A DNA stretch of 32,554 nucleotides, from positions 1 through 32,554 of the IMG/VR virus record IMGVR_UViG_3300002091_000071. The stretch is one strand, 5' to 3'. The DNA comes from a virus. Its lineage: Duplodnaviria; Caudoviricetes. The notes beneath the pieces were generated by a model, which worked only from the letters and a program-made list of their open reading frames with translations, did no database searches and was not told the origin of the DNA. Both the position numbers and the translations under genes were made by a program. Numbering within the stretch: position 1 is the stretch's first letter; each line of letters opens with the position of its first letter. This document shows positions 28,101 to 32,554 of the stretch, piece by piece.

Positions 28101-28733
28101 GTTAATATAGATTCTAACTATACCGCAACTTATTATCCTTGGATATTGGTTAGAGATAGTGTAAATAATACGCAAATCTACTTACCACCAACAGGTGAAG
28201 TTGTTAAAAATTTAGCGTTAACTGATAATATCGCATTCCCTTGGTTTGCGGCGGCAGGTTACACAAGAGGTATTGTAAACTCTATCAAAGCAAGAAAGAA
28301 ACTTACTCAAGAAGATAGAGATGTTCTTTACCAAGGACGTATCAATCCAATTGCTACTTTCTCTGATGTTGGAACCGTAATTTGGGGTAACAAAACTCTA
28401 CAAGTAGCACAATCAGCACTTGATAGAATCAATGTTAGAAGATTATTACTTCAAGCTCGTAAATTGATTTCAGCGGTATCTGTAAGATTACTGTTTGAAC
28501 AAAACGACCAAAAAGTAAGACAAGACTTCTTAAATGCGGTTAACCCTATCTTAGATGCTATTAGAAGAGATAGAGGTTTATATGACTTCCGTGTAACAGT
28601 TTCGTCTGACGCAGCTGATTTAGATAGAAATCAAATGACTGGTAAGATTTACATCAAACCAACCAAATCGTTAGAATTTATTGATATCACATTCTATATT
28701 ACACCAACAGGTGCGTCGTTTGAGAACATATAA
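25167..28733 (+). CDS. Tail sheath protein with a large internal insertion
   Basis: N-terminal FVSPGVYTSEVD and GETLKGPAFEP; C-terminal PWFAAAGYTRG, RINPI, IWGNKTLQ, SALDRINVRRLL and IKPTKSLEFIDITF. Confidence 0.95.
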   Translation: MTTNSKVFVSPGVYTSEVDLSFVAQSVGVTTLGIVGETLKGPAFEPIFIRNFDEFSTYFGGTSPEKFINTQIPKYEASYIAKAYLQQSNQLFVSRVLGLSGYDAGPSWSIKTVANVDKSTVDFYCISSTIVDCVSECDSFKQVSFEIPFSGCDNSIDSIVFGAITGDESIISHKFLSSYENFNGTTSTLSNDVKQQIYNVILSSSTLSTSATSINIYGAIPSSDYMELQTLGYTGVTNVFNINNVDASMCDYTSPDTDVWYYSMFDNNGNFNYSGSSFFTSIENLEQTSTSSNCASFNSFSVSGHGASINYNTQTINVYLPQGTDLSNIICDFSACTNSVVINCVDQVSGVTSNDFSETGCLQYQLVSEDLTNSTLWNVCMVIVDPCNPATTGHTGSQTVGNIKTCYSGNVTGVIYVYTGTSYSDFDDVVITTLRSRGISTYSTSADGPTYQVNDVANVTLNCTGNYSTVKTNPYSEFGINITDKDGNTFFFETSLSESDSKNVSKVFGTSNFGKPRTTVPLFVEEHFQTLLNYSYNKGYIRGLNCDLTALPRAKDENFSTIAFYLEKYQTPVSPWVVSELRGSKVYNLFRFTTISDGDGANTEVKISLVNMSFSNQTFDVLVRDFFDNDANPVVLEKFTNCSMNPVSNSFIGQKIGTVGGEYSLNSNYIMVEMNEDAPIDALPCGFQGFKFRQYGSSQSPFPIYKTKYDYPGEVVFDPPFGNAQGANVTQSSPGDNVRRTYLGISTGYGVGYDVDFFGYKGKQRPLDLCTEGDYTDWSVQTRGFHMDINASSIVYPGTGKPEFYVGSAPFVTDPENTSNPYYYIYARKFSLLVQGGFDGWDIYRESRTNTDNFKIGKSQFQKGSCPSFRYPSATGWGAFKQITVGHNSEDWANSDYYAYLLGQQTFSNPEAVNINLFVTPGIDAVNHGDLVGSAIEMIEYNRADSLYICTTPDYQMFVPSTTNPTDLIYPQEAVDSLVNIDSNYTATYYPWILVRDSVNNTQIYLPPTGEVVKNLALTDNIAFPWFAAAGYTRGIVNSIKARKKLTQEDRDVLYQGRINPIATFSDVGTVIWGNKTLQVAQSALDRINVRRLLLQARKLISAVSVRLLFEQNDQKVRQDFLNAVNPILDAIRRDRGLYDFRVTVSSDAADLDRNQMTGKIYIKPTKSLEFIDITFYITPTGASFENI

Positions 28734-28754
28734 TAAATTTTAACACTATTTTTA

Positions 28755-28797
28755 AAACCCTCATTAATTAATTTTAGTGGGGGTTTGTTTTTTTTCA
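28755..28797 (+). terminator. Probable intrinsic terminator after the sheath gene
   Basis: AAACCCTCATTAA...TTAGTGGGGGTTT stem (with G-U pairs) followed by a T tract. Confidence 0.65.
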
Positions 28798-28856
28798 GTA
28801 ATTTAATTATATTTATATGTAGAGGAGAACTCGTTAATTTAATTAATATTTTACTA

Positions 28857-30377
28857 ATGAAGATAGAATTAATATGTAAATGTTGTAATAAACCATTTAC
28901 AACAGATTATAAACACAGAGATAAACAATTTTGTAATAGAGATTGTTATTTTAAATACGCTAGGAATGTTAAATTATTAGGGAAAACAAAAGACGAATCA
29001 GTTAGAGAAATACGGAAATGTTTACTGTGTAATAAAGAATTTACTGAAAGGGTAAAACATAAAAAAACAATATGTTCAAATGAATGTAGATTGTTATGGA
29101 ATCAAAACCCAGTTAATAAAGAAAGTAGGTTATTGAAGGGTAAGGAATCTTTACAAAAAAAATATGGGGCAGATACATTCTTCAATACTGAAAATTTTAA
29201 ATCTAACTATACAAATATTTTTAAAGATAAATATGGTGTTAGTCACCCTATGTTAGTACCTGAGTTTGTTAAAAAACTTCAAAAAAATCTCAAAGACAAA
29301 CATTTATTAACTTTACTACCTAAATTACAGGAAAATAACCTCCAATTAAATGAGGAATATTCTGTTAATAAAATGGGTAATAGTTCAAAACCATATGAAT
29401 TTAAATGTTTAAAATGTAATAACGTTTTCACAAGTACCGTGTTAGGTTCGGGTAAAATTCCAATTTGTAGAAAATGTTACCCAATTATTAAAAATTCAAA
29501 ATTAGAGGAAATTATACGTGATTTTATCAACTTAAACAATATTAAACATATTGACAATGATAGAACTATTTTAAATGGTAAGGAAATTGATATATATTTA
29601 CCCGAATATGGTATTGGTATTGAAATAAATGGTAATTATTATCACTCCGAAAATTCTGGAGAAAAAAATAAAAAATATCATATTAATAAATCAATATTAG
29701 CCGGTAATAAAAATATTAAGTTAATACAGATATTTGAGGATGAGTTATTATTGAATAAGGAAAAGGTCTTTTCAAGGTTATCGAGTATGTTATTCATTAA
29801 TAAAAAAATATTTGCTAGAAAATGTGAGATTAAAATTGTTGACAAAAAAACATCAACAATATTTTTAAATGAAAATCACTTACAGGGTAATTCAATTGAT
29901 AAATATAGATTTGGTTTATACTTTAAAAATGTGTTGGTTGGATTAATGACTTTTGGAAAAAAAAGAAAAGTTTTGGGTAATGGTACGTCTTTAAATCAAG
30001 AATATGAGTTGGTTAGATTTTGTAATAAACTTAATTTTAATATTGTTGGGGGGTTTAGTAAATTATTGAAACATTTTATTAAAAATTATCACCCATCTAT
30101 GATTGAAACATACTCTGATATTCGTTGGTCAGGTGTAAACCCTGAAAATACTGTATATTTTAAAAACGGTTTTACATTTCAACATCAAACACCCCCAAAT
30201 TATTGGTATATAAATAAAGAACATTATTTAAATAGATTTCATAGATTTACTTATAGAAAGGATGTTTTAGTTAAAGAGGGTTTTGATAAAAATAAAACAG
30301 AGTGGGAAATTATGCAAGAAAAAAATTATGATAGAATATGGGATTGTGGTTCTTTAAAATTTATTTTAGAATTATAA
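28857..30377 (+). CDS. Putative free-standing homing endonuclease (Zn ribbons + Vsr/DUF559-like nuclease + Hef-like C-terminal domain)
   Basis: Several CxxC pairs, EIDIYLPEYGIGIEINGNYYHS, FARKC, YELVRFC, GGFSKLL and RIWDCG. Start moved to ATG 28857, downstream of the terminator and TATTTAT (28810-28816). Confidence 0.75.
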   Translation: MKIELICKCCNKPFTTDYKHRDKQFCNRDCYFKYARNVKLLGKTKDESVREIRKCLLCNKEFTERVKHKKTICSNECRLLWNQNPVNKESRLLKGKESLQKKYGADTFFNTENFKSNYTNIFKDKYGVSHPMLVPEFVKKLQKNLKDKHLLTLLPKLQENNLQLNEEYSVNKMGNSSKPYEFKCLKCNNVFTSTVLGSGKIPICRKCYPIIKNSKLEEIIRDFINLNNIKHIDNDRTILNGKEIDIYLPEYGIGIEINGNYYHSENSGEKNKKYHINKSILAGNKNIKLIQIFEDELLLNKEKVFSRLSSMLFINKKIFARKCEIKIVDKKTSTIFLNENHLQGNSIDKYRFGLYFKNVLVGLMTFGKKRKVLGNGTSLNQEYELVRFCNKLNFNIVGGFSKLLKHFIKNYHPSMIETYSDIRWSGVNPENTVYFKNGFTFQHQTPPNYWYINKEHYLNRFHRFTYRKDVLVKEGFDKNKTEWEIMQEKNYDRIWDCGSLKFILEL

Positions 30378-30424
30378 AAGTCAAGATATTTATATAAAGT
30401 GTTAGGATAGTAAAAAAATATTTA

Positions 30425-30432
30425 TATCTTTG
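30425..30432 (+). promoter_or_regulatory. Bacteroidota-type -7 promoter element (TAnnTTTG)
   Basis: TATCTTTG located 20 nt upstream of the ATG at 30453. Confidence 0.5.
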
Positions 30433-30452
30433 TATCCTAAAAAAAATAGATT

Positions 30453-31271
30453 ATGTTAAAAACAAAATTAAAAGAGAGTATTGATGATTATGGAACACCT
30501 AATGAAAAGTATTATGCTTTTGATTGGGATGATAATATTGTATCGATGCCAACCAAAATTATATTAAAAGATGAAGATGGTGATGAAGTAGGTATGTCTA
30601 CTGAAGATTTCGCAACTTATCGTGAAATAATTGGTGAAGAACCTTTTGAATTTGACGGACATACTATTGTTGGTTATTCTAACGATGCTTTCAGATGGTT
30701 TGGGGTTAAAGGTGATAAACAATTTATTGTTGATTCTATGACTGCAAAACCGGGTCCGGCTTGGCCAGATTTTGTTGAAGCAATTAATAACGGTTCAATA
30801 TTTTCAATCGTTACAGCTAGAGGTCACACCCCTTCAGTATTAAAAGAGGCTTGTTATAATTACATTGTTTCAAATATGAATGGTATAGATTCTAATGAAT
30901 TAGTTAGAAATTTAGAAAAATATCGTAATTTAGCGGATGAAGAAAATGTGTCTAAAAGAGAAATGATTCGTGAATATTTAGATTTATGTAAATTTTACCC
31001 GGTGACTCACGGAAAAGGGTCTGCTGCTAAAGTAGAACCATTAAAAATTGAGGCGTTAGAAGAGTTTGTTAAATATGTTAAGAAAATGTCTCACCATATT
31101 CAGAAAAAAGCTTTCTTAAAAAATAAGATAAGTAATTATTTTGTACCAAAACTAGGTTTTTCGGATGATGATTTAAAAAATGTGGAAAGTGTAAAAAAAC
31201 ATTTTGAGCAAGACCCAGAGAATATAATTAAAACATATTCAACCGCTGGAGGAATTAAAAAAGAATATTAA
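30453..31271 (+). CDS. HAD-superfamily hydrolase/phosphatase
   Basis: Motif I FDWDDN, motif II IVTARGH, conserved K, motif IV GFSDDD. Confidence 0.7.
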   Translation: MLKTKLKESIDDYGTPNEKYYAFDWDDNIVSMPTKIILKDEDGDEVGMSTEDFATYREIIGEEPFEFDGHTIVGYSNDAFRWFGVKGDKQFIVDSMTAKPGPAWPDFVEAINNGSIFSIVTARGHTPSVLKEACYNYIVSNMNGIDSNELVRNLEKYRNLADEENVSKREMIREYLDLCKFYPVTHGKGSAAKVEPLKIEALEEFVKYVKKMSHHIQKKAFLKNKISNYFVPKLGFSDDDLKNVESVKKHFEQDPENIIKTYSTAGGIKKEY

Positions 31272-31431
31272 AATAATTATTATAAATAAAAACTATTAAA
31301 TAATTTAATTATAATAACTAGGATTTCTAGAATGATAACAAATTTAATTCTAAAAGTCAAGTGATAAAAATTAAATAGGTTATATTTATAATAAACAAGA
31401 TAAAAAATAAAATTTAAAAAACAAATAGACA

Positions 31432-31920
31432 ATGGCTGATTTATTAATGAAAATGCCCATACCGTATGAACCAAAAAGGCAAAATAGGTTTATTGTACGA
31501 TTCCCTTCAGCTTTAGGGATTAACGAATGGTTCGTAGAATCGGCTGCTAGACCACACGTAACTATAACTCCGGTAGCAATACCTTTCTTAAATACTGAGA
31601 CATATGTTGCAGGACGTTTTGTTTGGAGTACTATACCAGTTAAATTTAGAGACCCAATTGGACCATCAGCGTCTCAAGCTCTTATGGAGTGGGTTCGTTT
31701 ATGTGCGGAGTCTGTAACAGGACGTATGGGGTATGCTGCGGGATACAAAAAGAATGTTGACCTTGAGATGTTAGACCCAACAGGTGTTGTTGTGGAAAAA
31801 TGGATATTGGAAGGTTCTTGGTTATCTGATGTTAACTTTGATTCGTTGGCTTATAGTACAGATGCTTTAGCAACTATCAGTGCAACTCTAAGAATGGATA
31901 GATGTATTTTGGTTTATTGA
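31432..31920 (+). CDS. Tail tube protein (gp19-like)
   Basis: 162 aa; YEPKRQNRF, YVAGR..W, EWVRL...GY...YKK..LEMLDP.G...EKW and L..D..C patterns; near the sheath gene. Confidence 0.85.
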   Translation: MADLLMKMPIPYEPKRQNRFIVRFPSALGINEWFVESAARPHVTITPVAIPFLNTETYVAGRFVWSTIPVKFRDPIGPSASQALMEWVRLCAESVTGRMGYAAGYKKNVDLEMLDPTGVVVEKWILEGSWLSDVNFDSLAYSTDALATISATLRMDRCILVY

Positions 31921-31980
31921 TTTTTACTAAAATATATCCGTTCATTTACAATATTGAAAAATTCCCATATATTTATATAC

Positions 31981-32247
31981 ATGGGAATTTTTGTTTGTAA
32001 TATATGTAAAAAAGAGTGTGATAGGATTAATGCTTTAAGAAGCCATTCAATTCAAAAGCACAATATTAGTGGTGATAAAATTTATATTGATTATATTTTA
32101 AAAGGTATTACACCTAAATGTGAGTGTGGTTGTGGTGGAACACCACCGTTTGTATCAATAGGAAAAGGATTTTCAAGATTTATAAAACGGAGCGTAAAAC
32201 CCATTCATCGCTTTTTAGCGTGGATGGGATGTAAGAGACTCCTTTAA
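31981..32247 (+). pseudogene. N-terminal fragment of a Zn-finger homing-endonuclease-like gene interrupted by an IS200/IS605-family element
   Basis: C2H2 finger CNIC...HSIQKH plus CECGCG. From about 32184 the frame reads into the IS left-end hairpin and stops. Confidence 0.65.
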
Positions 32248-32554
32248 CACTTACATTTTGTAAATTTAGACAAATATTTGGTTTTGTCAAAAAATATTAT
32301 ACTTTTACAAAAGTTTAGACTATTTAATAATATATGCTTAAAGGATTAAAATATAGATTATACCCAACCAACTCCCAAAAAGAGTTGATTGCCAAGCATA
32401 TTGGTAGTAGTCGTTTTGTATATAATTTAGCCTTAGAAACAAAGAATACAGCGTATTTAGGTTCTAAACATAATTTTTCTCCCTTTGACCTAATTAAGCA
32501 ACTTCCTGACCTTAAAAAAGAATGTGAGTGGTTAAAAGAAGTAAATAGCCAATC
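32184..32554 (+). mobile_element. IS200/IS605-family (IS1341-like, tnpB-first) element, left part; left boundary approximate
   Basis: Subterminal imperfect hairpin CCCATTCATCGCT-tttt-AGCGTGGATGGG (32200-32228) followed by tnpB, with no tnpA between them. Confidence 0.75.
32334..32554 (+). CDS. tnpB: TnpB RNA-guided endonuclease, N-terminus (cut off by the window end; not in ORF track)
   Basis: Manual translation MLKGLKYRLYPTNSQKELIAKHIGSSRFVYNLALE...QLPDLKKECEWLKEVNSQ, the classic OrfB HTH start. Confidence 0.9.
   Translation, partial: MLKGLKYRLYPTNSQKELIAKHIGSSRFVYNLALETKNTAYLGSKHNFSPFDLIKQLPDLKKECEWLKEVNSQ

Noticed and set aside
28785-28856. TTG start extension of the endonuclease ORF
   Set aside because: It runs through the terminator T tract and the TATTTAT motif; ATG 28857 is more plausible.
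31280-31474. 64-aa minus-strand ORF upstream of the tail tube
   Set aside because: It has low-complexity AT-rich composition, overlaps the tube start and promoter motif, and shows no recognisable motif.
1-32554. Stop-codon reassignment, as in some large phages
   Set aside because: PolB, helicase and sheath are full length in the standard code, and TAA, TAG and TGA all end genes at sensible positions.

Overview
This AT-rich window is part of a large contractile-tailed (T4-like/jumbo myovirus-type) phage genome read in the standard genetic code. A Bacteroidota host is inferred from TAnnTTTG promoter elements, A-rich leaders without Shine-Dalgarno sequences and a DUF5018-like Ig domain. The left part encodes probable virion-surface proteins (three tandem Gly-rich paralogs and Pro-Thr-repeat proteins) around a glycosyltransferase cluster led by a GT60-like GlcNAc transferase. 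These are followed by a family B DNA polymerase, neck/tail-completion genes, an SNF2 helicase with a class 3-type intein beginning with Phe, an enlarged tail sheath, a HAD hydrolase, the tail tube and the start of a TnpB element. The clearest unannotated structure is a two-gene cassette present three times: a 51-aa ribbon-helix-helix-like ORF (missing from the ORF track) that overlaps a Zn-finger/HNH endonuclease gene by exactly 20 nt, behind an AGATATTTATA motif. A TATTTAT motif precedes most transcription units. All family assignments come from motif recognition by eye; no searches were run.
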